The notes under the pieces are model-generated. The model did not search any database and had not been told where the DNA came from. It saw nothing but the letters and a program-made list of their open reading frames with translations. From positions 3,844,001-3,908,000 of the forward strand of contig NW_026262637.1 of NCBI RefSeq assembly GCF_021869535.1: a stretch of DNA of 64,000 bases, written 5' to 3'. This DNA comes from Mytilus californianus. Lineage: Eukaryota. The position numbers and the translations under genes are program-made. Below are positions 1 to 10,901 of this stretch, piece after piece; the first letter of the stretch is position 1; each line of letters starts with the position of its first letter.

Positions 1-262
1 GTATAGCTGACTTATATAAACCCTGAAACCAAATTTCAGAAATCCTTATGATGTAGTTCCTGAGAAAAATGCAACGAAAAATATTCATGGGACGGACAGA
101 CGGACGGATGGACAGACAAAGGTAAAACAGTATACCCCCCCCTTTTTTAAAGCGGGGGTATAAAAAAAGTGCAGAAAACTGATATGCCGGACTGATGGAT
201 GGACAGACAGACAGACAGAGTGCAAACCTAAAGTCCCCTTCGATTTCGTCGGTAGGGGACTA
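1..262 (+). mobile_element. 3' ends of two Helentron/HINE-like non-autonomous elements
   Basis: GACG/GACA tetranucleotide microsatellite followed by a short terminal hairpin, twice: TATACCCCC(131-139)/GGGGGTATA(154-162) and AGTCCCCT(232-239)/AGGGGACT(254-261). This layout is typical of DINE-1/HINE-like elements. Confidence 0.55.
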
Positions 263-888
263 ATTATATACACATGATTCAAATTATACTGTCACCATGG
301 TGATAAACAGATGTTGTATGACAAATTTTATGACCAATGGGCCTTTTTTTTACATTCTCTTCTTAACAAAACTATTCTTAACTTGAACAATTAATTCTTC
401 CGATGAATCATGATTATGAACACAAAAGTTTATCCCACCTGAAGAGTCTATATAAGGTGTTGGTTATGCACTGGTGACTTGTCTACATCCTCGTCCTTCA
501 GTCTTTGTTGGATTGCTGACTTAATAGCAATCATAATGTATCAATAGCGAAGTCTTTTAATTTTTGTAAGTACTGTTTGCATTTGTTAAAGGCCTACAAA
601 TAATGTTGTACTTATCTCATAAAATTATTATTTTGTCCATCATAAAATTATGTAAGTTATTATAATTATTTCTTATAGATCTATTATCAATAGATCATTT
701 TCATGTTACCAACTTTTTGACTCAGGATTTTACAATTTTCAACAGGTTTCCTTTTCTGTGGAAGGACATGTTGGTTCTTGGTCGAGTAGGAGCAACTAAA
801 AGAAGTAAAATCAAGCTTACTATCGCTGCAAACCTTCATTACAAACTTAATTTTTGCTACTTATAGATTGACATATATATATTTATAC

Positions 889-982
889 CTTGTAAAAGAC
901 TGTATTCTATTTTATCTTTGTCATAATCCAAATATTTTCCTAAATATGTTTTAATGATCTCATCCAGTTTGTTCTTGATCAT
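889..982 (-). CDS. First coding exon of a VPS13/chorein-N-domain (bridge-like lipid transfer) family gene; the gene continues left of the window
   Basis: Translates MIKNKLDEIIKTYLGKYLDYDKDKIEYSLLQ-G, which resembles the chorein_N start (cf. VPS13D ...LNTYLGKYVNNLNTDQLSVALLKG). The exon has a strong acceptor (TTTATTTTATTTTTCAG, exon starts at 1033) and a phase-1 GT donor (AG|GTATAA) after 889, at the conserved Gly. Confidence 0.62.
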
Positions 983-1214
983 GCTGAAGTTAAAGGTCTC
1001 TTGACCCAATATATTAAGTTGTCAACATGGGCACTGAAAAATAAAATAAATATATATGATTATTTATACATACAATGAATATAATTGGAAATTTCAGAAT
1101 CTAACGAATAATAGGCAATTTCATTGTGTAAACCCCTTAAATTAACTTTAATTCGCATTTTGGTTCAATTTCAAATTTTTAGGACCCTTTAGTCTTACTG
1201 TTAACCATTTTGTT

Positions 1215-2110
1215 TTCTGTGTAATGTTAGATACAATGTAATAATCTAGCACTTGTTTTATTCTTTGTCAGGTTATGTTGTTGTAGTACATTTTTAGTCT
1301 GGGCCTTGGTTCTGTATAATTTCAATAACTATGTTGATGTAGTTAATTTTGTGTCATGTGAGACACAATGTTGTTGTTGTAGTCTAGTCATTATTATGGT
1401 CTGTGTCATGTTAGTTACAATGTTGATGCTGTAGTCTAGTCATTAGTTTAGTCTGTGTCATGTTACTTACAATGTTGTTGGTGTAGTCTAGTCATTAGTT
1501 TAGTCTGTGTCATGTTAGTTACAATGTTGTTGTTGTAGTCTAGTCATTAGTTTATTCTGTGTCATGTTAGTTGCAATGTTGTTGTTGTAGTCTAGTCATT
1601 AGTTTATTCTGTGTCATGTTAGTTACAGTTGTTGTTGTAGTCTAGTCATAATTTTAGTCTGTGTCATGTTAGTGACAATGTTGATGCTGAAGTCTAGTCA
1701 TTAGTTAATTCTGTGTCATGTTAGTTACACTGTTGTTGTTGTAGTCTAGTCATAAGTTTAGTCTGTGTCATGTTAGTTACAATGTTATTGTTGTAGTCTA
1801 GTCATAAGTTTAGTCTGTTTCATGTTAGATACAATGTTAATGCTGTAGTCTAGTCATTAGTTTAGTCTGTGTAATGTTAGTTACAATGTTGATGCTGTAG
1901 TCTAGTCATTAGTTTTTTCGGTGTCATGTCAGTTACAATGTTGTTGTTGTAGTCTAGTCATAAGTTTAGTCTGTCTCATGTTAGTGACAATGTTGTTGTT
2001 GTAGTCTAGTTAATGGCTATTCTGTGTCATGTTAGATACAATGGTGTTGCTTTTGTCTAGTCATTTATTTATTCTTTGTCTAGTCATTCATTTATACTGT
2101 GTCATGTTAT
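1215..2110. repeat. 52-bp tandem minisatellite, about 17 copies
   Basis: Unit GTCTAGTCATTAGTTTAGTCTGTGTCATGTTAGTTACAATGTTGTTGTTGTA; period checked at 1382 and 1434. Confidence 0.95.
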
Positions 2111-2898
2111 ATGATTTCAAAGCAATGTTGATGTGTTAATCTGTTTCTTGATTTATTTTGTCATATCAGAAACATACTTGTTAACCTTAATACACCAGAA
2201 TTCTTATTTATAAACAAACAGGAGTATTATACATGCATAACTATAGAAAGATTGCATCTCATTATTTATAAACAAACATTACATAAGTTATATGTTTGGA
2301 GTATTTGTTATCTATTTTTTATACAATTCACTGCAATGTTATCTTTTATAAACAAATTACTGCAATGTTATCTTTTATAAACAAATAACTGTATATTTGT
2401 TATTTATAAACATAAACTGTTGACACACAGATATGACTTGTACTTCTGGAGTTTTGATAGTAAAATTAAATTGTTGAAATAAAAATGGCAATATTTTAAC
2501 ATATGCAATGTAAACTTTGGAAAACACTAAATTTGTGTTAACAACATAAACTTGATTGACTGACAAAAAATCAATGTCAGATAAATATGATTACAAATAA
2601 CTATTATACACAAAATTCTTAGGGAAAGTAAATTATGTACATTGATGCAAGCTTACACATGCATTGAAGGTTTTGATCATTATTTTCATAATGGTATTTC
2701 AGAGCATTTTTAAAGCATTTGTATGCAAATATCTGTGCAAATGTGATTTATTTTTATTCAATCAATAGATTGTCGCTAATTAACCTTACAGAACATGTCA
2801 CTGATTGCTATGTTGTTAAAATGTATGACATATGTATGCTTAGCCAATTTAATTATTATGAAAAACACAGATCTTCATCAAATAGGCACATTCTGTAG

Positions 2899-3004
2899 TA
2901 GAGAATTGATAAGAAGTAGTGGATTCGTAAACGATAATCAACGAGCGACTTTAGTCGCAAGTTGATTATCGTTTCCGAATCCACTACTTCTTATCAATTC
3001 TCTA
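2899..3004. repeat. Foldback palindrome, 52-bp arms, 2-nt loop
   Basis: 2899-2950 is the reverse complement of 2953-3004 at 49/52 positions; centre GCGACT-TT-AGTCGC. Confidence 0.95.
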
Positions 3005-3754
3005 GCTTAACCCATTTCTAGTAAAACGACTGTCTGTTTTACGTTTTGACAATGAATCAACAATATTTCATAAAAAAAGTTTGGTATTTTGTCTTTTTTA
3101 TTCTATAATAGCTGGAAATGAATATATCCACACGGTTCGCATCTATATTTAGACATTTGACAAGTTAACATAAGTTTAATATAACTTAAATGGGGTGTTA
3201 GCTCCCCTTTTTAATACCAGATTTTATTTTTGTATATACATATTTCATTTAATCTTTAATCATTACAAATTATTTAAATTAAATAGATTTTGGTATATTT
3301 AATTTATTCAAAAAGACATATATTGATATACAGAATTTATTCATCTTGTTTTGAAAAGTTAAAAAATTTTAATTACCAAAATTTAGAATCTTCAAAATTT
3401 ATATATATAATATTTAGCAACGTGAATTGGTATAATGAAATCGTAACACCATTATGTCGTTCTTAGTCAATTAAATATTAATAGCGTATATGCCATAAAT
3501 CTGCCATTTCATAATTCATATTGCTGTTTAAAGTATTAAAATTATGCGCTTACGATTTAAATTGAACAATTATATTTAAATTTTGTTTAAACTGTTTCCG
3601 TTTCATTTAAGTTAAGATTATTTTAGCGTTATTACATTTGGCATATATCGTTCACCGGTCAGTAAAATAGTTTTATCTGTGGTACGCATTCTGAATCCAC
3701 ATCAGAATTGCTCTTGCTACGGATGTACAATGAATAATTATGTTGATTTCATAA

Positions 3755-3856
3755 ACTTACCATCAAGCTGTTCATAGCCGTGATAGTCTAGTCGTTGATA
3801 ACGAATGTCATAACGGTGATATTAACAGTGCAAAGTTCGAACCTTGTACCCGGAAT
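3755..3856 (-). promoter_or_regulatory. Candidate 5'-UTR exon and promoter of the VPS13-like gene
   Basis: Consensus donor ATG|GTAAGT on the minus strand (exon ends at 3761); CpG-richer segment; ETS-like CCGGAA near 3850. The start site is not determinable. Confidence 0.4.
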
Positions 3857-4177
3857 GAATTTTTTTCATTGTAATTTTTTTTTCTGGACCAAAATATTGT
3901 TTTAATCCTAGAACATGTAGAAGTATCATATATTTCATTTTCATATAATGGCGATGATTTTGTTTCTGTTTTTATTGTCAAAGAAGTAGTTTTAACCCAT
4001 TTCTTAAAAAAAAATAACACCCAAAATAAAACAAATTGAATAAACATGAACAAACCAAGATATATATATATCATTAGATTACAAAAGCGAATTATCAATG
4101 AGACAGAAATACAGTTAAATGACATGTATTGACAAGTAAGCGCTTTAAGAGTACTATTTATATAATGATAGTTGTCA

Positions 4178-4275
4178 GCCATCGTGGTCTAGTGGTATCA
4201 TGCATAGACTGAAGACTGTATTGATTACGAAGAAAATACGCGCGGGTTCGAATCCTACACATGCCACTCGTTTTT
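4178..4275 (+). tRNA. Degenerate tRNA-like Pol III unit (tRNA pseudogene or SINE head); long variable arm and a CT-GAA-GA anticodon-like loop
   Basis: A box TGGTCTAGTGG (4185-4195), B box GGTTCGAATCC (4245-4255), tRNA-Leu-like 3' end, T5 terminator at 4271-4275. Acceptor and anticodon stems pair poorly. Confidence 0.5.
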
Positions 4276-7069
4276 GAGAGGATAAAAGATCGTAAGTTAA
4301 AAGTTTAAAGTTATAATATAAGTTCTCTTAAGTTAATACTATGGTCAGTGGATTCTTGAAAAATAATCTACAGTCAGAACAATAGACTGACGTCAGAGAA
4401 ATGGGTTAATATGATATGTAACACAAAAGACAGATTTTATAAACAAGGTTTATTCCACCTTCATTTAACACATCAATTCCATGTATACTCGATAATTAAC
4501 AGTATAATGTATGAAACGTTTAAACAGTGAAAAATCTGCGAATATGCAGGGAAATTTATCAAAAAACATTGAAAATAAAACACATGCGAAAAAAAATGTG
4601 ATGTATGGTATAAAACATTTCATAAATTTTTTTTTACATGTACAGGTTACAAACAAACTACAAGTGCAAATGTATATATTGTTGCAAATTAACCAACAAT
4701 AAAATTTTTACACTCAAGTCATGCCTAACAAACAGTCATCTGTTTTTAAACAAGTATTTATTATATACTAAACAGCGTTCTCCCCACAAATTTCATATAG
4801 CATCCTGGTAAACAGGGAATTTTAAAATACCATCTTATTTCTACCATTACCATGATGATAAAAGGCCCTGGGGAGAATACTCAGTACTAGACACTGCTAA
4901 AAGATGTTATATATTTACTTGTATAATAAATTTGTCAGATTTAAATTTTCTTGTCAATGCTTGATTCCCCTTGCACTTCTTCAAAATTAAACGTATGTGT
5001 AATTTTCTTATAACACCTGGAATTCTCAATTTTTGGAAAGTCAAAACAATGCCTCAAACAAATTTTTCATGAAACACTAAAGCATGTTAAATAATTAACC
5101 TTTTATTATTTAGAGTTGAAACTATTATCTAAAAAAACTTTCAAAAAATATAACTCTATATATAGCTACTGCACATAGATGTTAAGTAACTGGGCTAGGC
5201 AATTTAAAATCCTGCCTTGAATATATAAATAGGCAGTTAAAAATAACAAATCTGAATAACTATGGGAGACAACTCTACCTCCAAAATAAGCAACATGTAC
5301 CAGTATATATAATTAAATTTTACATCATGTCTTACCACTGACTGTATAAATAAGTTTCCAATCATTTATTGTGAAACAGTTTGATTTAAAACTTGTAATT
5401 GCCGATGCTCCCTAACTTAAGTCTGATCTAGCTCTTTATCTCCAGAGTTTAGACAAGGTGCATATATAAATTCATCAGACATTTAATACTGATATATAAT
5501 GCCATTTATATCAAATACTTGTTACAGATAATCTGATTCAATACATATATCCTCATCTCATGGGTTTTTGTGCTATCAAGAATGCATTGTGACATCACAA
5601 TTTCCATTTAAAAAGCATGCATAGTACGAATTCATATGACGTACGAAAAACATATGATCTGACCGTATTTGTATTCAAAATAAATTTTTCATAGCTGAAC
5701 ATTTGAAAATGCACATTATATTTGGAAAGTAATATGCAATTTTCTTGACTGCTGCTCAACTGCTTGTAGAAAAGATGGAAATTATAAAAGGCATGCAAAT
5801 ACACAGTTAAAAGTCTGACGAATTGCAAGTTGGATTACTTAATTAAATGGTTATTTACTTGGCCTGGGGTTACATGTTTAATTTGTCATTCCTATGCGAA
5901 AAAAAGAAGATTCAAAATTTACATTGACATGTTCATGATGTAGTGTTATATGTTTCTGAAGCTCCCAAATCTGGGGGTGAGGAGTTTTTTGTAATGGGTG
6001 TGGGTATAAGTAGCTGGAATAGGTCACTATTCCAAGTTTCATAATGTATAACAATTAAGGTTAAGAAACTGTTGTTAAATATCTCAAAAGCATCAATCTG
6101 AAATGTTTTGTATTTCTTAAAGATGCAAATTAATCAGTCATACTAAATTGCATCAGATATTTGACAAATTGTTGTTTTTACTCTCTATGAAATATATTTT
6201 TTCTTATTGCAAAATTTACAATTACATTTAGGAAATGGTTGCATTTGGACACAGCTTTTTGCATGAAACAATTGCACAAGGCAATATTTGGCCACAATGC
6301 ATGTGTCATGTGTATGTTAAGAAAAACATTTTGTAGGTATGCGTAACCTGCCAACTTTTCAAAATCTCCACGGGGGATTTTAAGCGCAAGGGGACCTAAT
6401 GCTCCTCTTATATTGTCATAAGTGTTTATAATCTACTACTATATTGTTTAAATCAGTATGTATGTGCTTAAATACCCTTTTTACTCATTTGAATGACTGT
6501 TTTGAGACGTTCAGTTCATAAAAGAATTTCAAAATTTAGGTCAACTCCTCTCATGGGGGATATTCCTCATAAATTGGGATAATTGGCAGGTCTGGTTATG
6601 ACCATTAGGATTATCTGATACAATGCCATAATGATTAAATGTTTATTCAACATTTTAAGGGAAAAAATATGCACTGCAATCTGCATCATTCATGCATATA
6701 TTGTTTTCCTCGTCTCAATTAATGTGCTGCAATATCCATTTGCAACTGCAGCAAATAATTAAAATTGTTATTTAGTGTGAATCTTAACAACTTAGAAATG
6801 TTTTTTTCTTTTTGCAAAATTTTGGCATCGTAGATGAATACAGCAACCCCTTCAACTGAGTCTGAGGTCTCTGTCCGTCTGGAAACCAAACAGACATTTA
6901 TAATGATTTTATAGATTATGCAGAATGAGCCAAAACATATGGTGATTTTAAAATAATAACATTATACCCTTTTATACTGTTACCTGCATAAACCTAAACG
7001 TTGATAAGGTGCTTCTTTTCATAACACTCAAAACGAAACCACACTTATAATCATCTGCTAAATTTGGCA

Positions 7070-7139
7070 GTCACGTGATAAATCGGAAATCAAGTTACGC
7101 CACCTATTGATTTATTTGCTGCTAGTGTGCAAGGTAAAG
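7070..7139 (+). promoter_or_regulatory. Candidate CLYBL promoter and non-coding exon 1
   Basis: GTCACGTGAT E-box (7070-7079), CGGAAAT ETS-like site (7084-7090), then donor CAAG|GTAAAG after 7133. The next strong acceptor precedes the CLYBL ATG. Confidence 0.4.
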
Positions 7140-7829
7140 TCAATTTTTTTATTGCTTTTATCTCATTATAAAACGGTGCACCGCATAAAATGCTTTGATT
7201 ATAAGGCCATATTTACACTAAATTTTTGAAGTTTCAATTCTAACGATGAATCAATCGATTAAATAAGAGAAGTTTGCACATAACAGATTTTGGATGCAAA
7301 AATTAGGGGAGGCAACCGTGTAAACAAATGCACGTGTTTGATTGTTATCATGCATGTCAAATAATGTGTTATATGAAATGTTATCAAATATCAATCTTTA
7401 CATTGTTTCGTATGCAACTGATTTTGTAAGGTTTTGTAAAGAACATTGAAATGCAAAGTGGGGTTTTTACAAATGGAAATTTTCCTGTTTAATTATAAAA
7501 CTGGACTTCTGCCAGGTAAATCATAAGTCAGATAAAATACTTAATAGTACAATTGCTCTAAAATAGGCACATTTGTTTTGTTTACTTGTGGTATGTCACA
7601 TGGAGATGACATAATACTGAAAAATGTTATGTAATTAATACATTCACTGTATATCTAAAAATTAACCCTTCTGCTTTTGATTATACATTGCATAATCTAA
7701 TCATGTTTTTAGAATCTGTTAAAGACAGTAAATAGCCTAACAACAATATAAAAGCCAGATCTTTACTGGGGAACACATAAGGCAAATAAAACCTAAGTTT
7801 TCTTCGTAGAAATTTTAAAAAACTGCACA

Positions 7830-8410
7830 CGTAAGCTATGTACACATTACTTGTCCATCCAGTCGTCGAATACTCTTCCCCTGTTTGGGAACTGTACATT
7901 AAGCACCAAATCACACATGTTGAGCAGGTTCATTGTAAAGCAGGCATATTTGTCTATAACGATTATAAAGACAGAACACTGGGTGCAGTTTCAAACATGA
8001 TAAATTCTTTGCAATGGGAAAGTTTACATGATCGAAGAAAAAAGCTAGATAAACAATGTTATATAAAATTAATTGGGGGTTAGTAGAAGTTCCAAAGGAC
8101 AATTTAACAAAATCTGATAGACGTACTAGCGGGCAACATAAATTTTGGCAAATTGGAACTAATAAAGGCTTCTATAAATATTCTTTTTATTCAAACACCA
8201 TCTCTGACTGGAATATCCACTCTAACATTTCAAGGACCCACTCCAACTTATTAAACCACCAAAGCCACTGTACATAATGTATATATGTTATTTTACTTTA
8301 TTGTTTATAGTACTGTAATTTTAATTAAGTCCATATGTACATAGCACACAAGTTCCTGGAAGTTTTACAGTCCTACCTAGGAGTCTACTCCCGTATTTGG
8401 AAGAAGAAGA
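7830..8410 (+). mobile_element. 5'-truncated, decayed CR1/L2-group LINE 3' end
   Basis: YTLLVHPVVEYSSPVW...EQVH...LQWESLHDRRK and MLYKI..GLV...YKYSFYSNTISDWN match the C-terminus of CR1-clade ORF2 (frameshifted); GAA-repeat tail near 8400. Confidence 0.85.
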
Positions 8411-8505
8411 ATCCAAAAGTAAACATATCATTAGAAAAAATGTCAACAACAAAACACAAATTTTCGGAAACCTAGAAATAGTCACTACTTTAGCTAAGGA
8501 ACTGT

Positions 8506-9183
8506 CAGTCAGAGCTCCGACATAAATATGTTAAACAAGTCAGAATTTTGTGACTTGTGGAAGTCAGAATATTTTGTGTCATGAGTTACCTCCCATCATT
8601 TTGAAACAAAAACTGACTTCTACAAATCAGATGAAACATTATGCATTTTTTTCCTCAAAACAAAAATTCAAAAGTTTTGACTTCTACAAGTCAGAAATGA
8701 ACCTAAAATGTCAACCTTTTTTGGGCCATGCACCCATATTTAAAAGTTGAGCCATCCACTTGACAATGTTAAAAAATGTTTCCACAAACACTTTTTTATC
8801 AACAAAAAATATGAATAAGACCCTAAAAAAACGGAATTATATGAAATTAACCATTTTATGTTAGCATGGTTAGTATGTATTTGTGATAAATTGTAAAAAA
8901 TATTCTGCATAAACAATGGATTTACTAGAAAACCAGCATGAAAAGATAGATTTTGGTATTGTTATGCATCATACAAATATTCACGGTAACTTACTGCAAA
9001 GGTTTGCTACAAATTTTAAAATACTGAAACTTCACAATCTACTGAACATTATCTGACCTGAATAAGTCAGGCATATTCTGACTTTATAAAGTCTAAAAAT
9101 GCTATTACTCCTTTGTAAAAATGCATAATCTGACTTGCACAAGTCTTGACAATTCTGACTTGTTTATGTCAGAGCTCTGACTG
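8506..9183. mobile_element. MITE-like element with terminal inverted repeats
   Basis: CAGTCAGAGCTC(C/T)GACATAAA inverted at both ends; internal CTGACTT/AAGTCAG motifs; no clear TSD. Confidence 0.6.
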
Positions 9184-10368
9184 AATGTAGTTCTTAGGTC
9201 TTTTTGATATTTTTTTGACAATTTGGGTCTGCAAATTGTAAAAAAATATCATAAGGACTTGTCAAAATATATCATAAGGACCTACAAATGTAAGAGCTAC
9301 AGTTCCACGGCTATTACTACTGAAGAAATAATTCATGCAAACCATAGATTTGTTGGAAATTTTCACTTGGCCAGGGTTGTTTTATTCAAATTTTATCCGG
9401 AGCATAAGCAAGGGATGAAATTCATGACTATAACGGCCCAGGCCATGTGAAAATAATAACTAATCTATGAGTTACATGAATAATTTCGCCTCCGATAGAA
9501 CAAATACACTATTTGAAAAAAGCACTGGCTACAATTACATGCCAAAAATAACAATAAGAAATAATTATTGTTACCTTTGAGAGTAATTGCAGAAATGTAC
9601 TTCCAGACAGGGACCGGATTTCATACGGAAATTGCAGGTAACAATATTATTGTTTTTTATTGTTACCTGCAGTTATTGTTACCTGTTAAATTTTACAGAA
9701 AATTTGCAAATTACATCTTTTTGTGTGTAGCATCTTGATACTTTGTACTGTCTTTGTGTCAGTACATGCTGTTTTACATATTTGAACAAAGTTATTTGAA
9801 CATGATGAATAGAAAATTTTCTATTGAACATATAGCAGTTATAAATTGAAAGCACATTTATACATGTACATATATTTAGAATTTATTTTGGTGTTCATTT
9901 TGGTGGCACTTGCTTCCTGCAGATTCAGTATGTAACCTTAGGTAGCATTTTGAGGCCAAGACATTTCAAATAATACTACTTCAGACACCTGTCACAAACT
10001 ATAAATATATCCATATGTATGCACTTCTATACCGGATATCTTCTTTTTTACTAGAACTTCTTTTATAACTGCACAAAACTTGCATCTTACAACCGTTCAA
10101 GTTTATCATCAAAACCTTAATTAAAGGATATACATTTTTCACCGACCACAATTTGGACATCTTGCTTATTTGTATCTATACCTAAGAATATTGAGTTATT
10201 GTAACTAGCATGACACAGACTCTACTTTCATATTGTCTGTTTTTTAAAAGGAGAATTTTGGCTTTGAACAGGAAGGAGTTTTTAAAACTCTAATCCTATG
10301 ACTTGTTGACTCCAGCCACTGTCCCACACAAGTATTACATATTTGTAAATAATGATTTTTTTTTCAGA

Positions 10369-10647
10369 ATGAAAATCCTCCTAGCCCTACACAGACACTG
10401 TTATAAAGATATAATTCTACCAACACTGACAAGAAGTATTTTGAATAGAAATCAGAATACCAGGTTATCATACACACCTGGATGCTTGTATTCCACTGTA
10501 GGGAATAATAATAAGAAAAAATATATTCCACGTAGATCTGTACTGTATGTCCCTGGCAATGATGAGAGGAAAATCAACAAAGTTGTCTCCCTTGATGTTG
10601 ATTGTGTTGTTTTAGACTGTGAAGATGGAGTAGCAGCCAACAGGAAG
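10369..10647 (+). CDS. CLYBL: CLYBL coding exon 1 (mitochondrial targeting-like N-terminus; YIPRRSVLYVPGND...VLDCEDGVAANRK)
   Basis: Acceptor T-rich CAG at 10367, ATG at 10369, donor AAG|GT after 10647; strong match to citrate lyase beta-like proteins. Confidence 0.93.
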
Positions 10648-10901
10648 GTAGAATGCTAATTAAATTAGGAAGTCATGGTAACAATCACTGACCATTATTC
10701 ATAAATAATTAAATGTAGAATACATTGAATTACTCAAAATATTTTAAAAAGATGAGAAGATGTAGTATGATTTCCAATTAATGAGACAACTCTCCACTAG
10801 AGCTGATCAAATTAAAAAAGTCCTCATTTATATTAACTATAGAAAAATGTAATTGTCAATTGATGATAAGCCAATAAGGTGTAAAGGTCAAAAGTGGAAA
10901 A

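Noticed and set aside
3808-4182. 124-aa minus-strand ORF with a hydrophobic stretch
   Set aside because: F/I/L/K bias reflects AT-rich low-complexity DNA; no recognisable domain; overlaps a probable promoter.
4178-4266. Possible tRNA-Sec or functional tRNA-Phe
   Set aside because: The anticodon is not TCA, and the acceptor and anticodon stems do not pair well enough for a functional tRNA.
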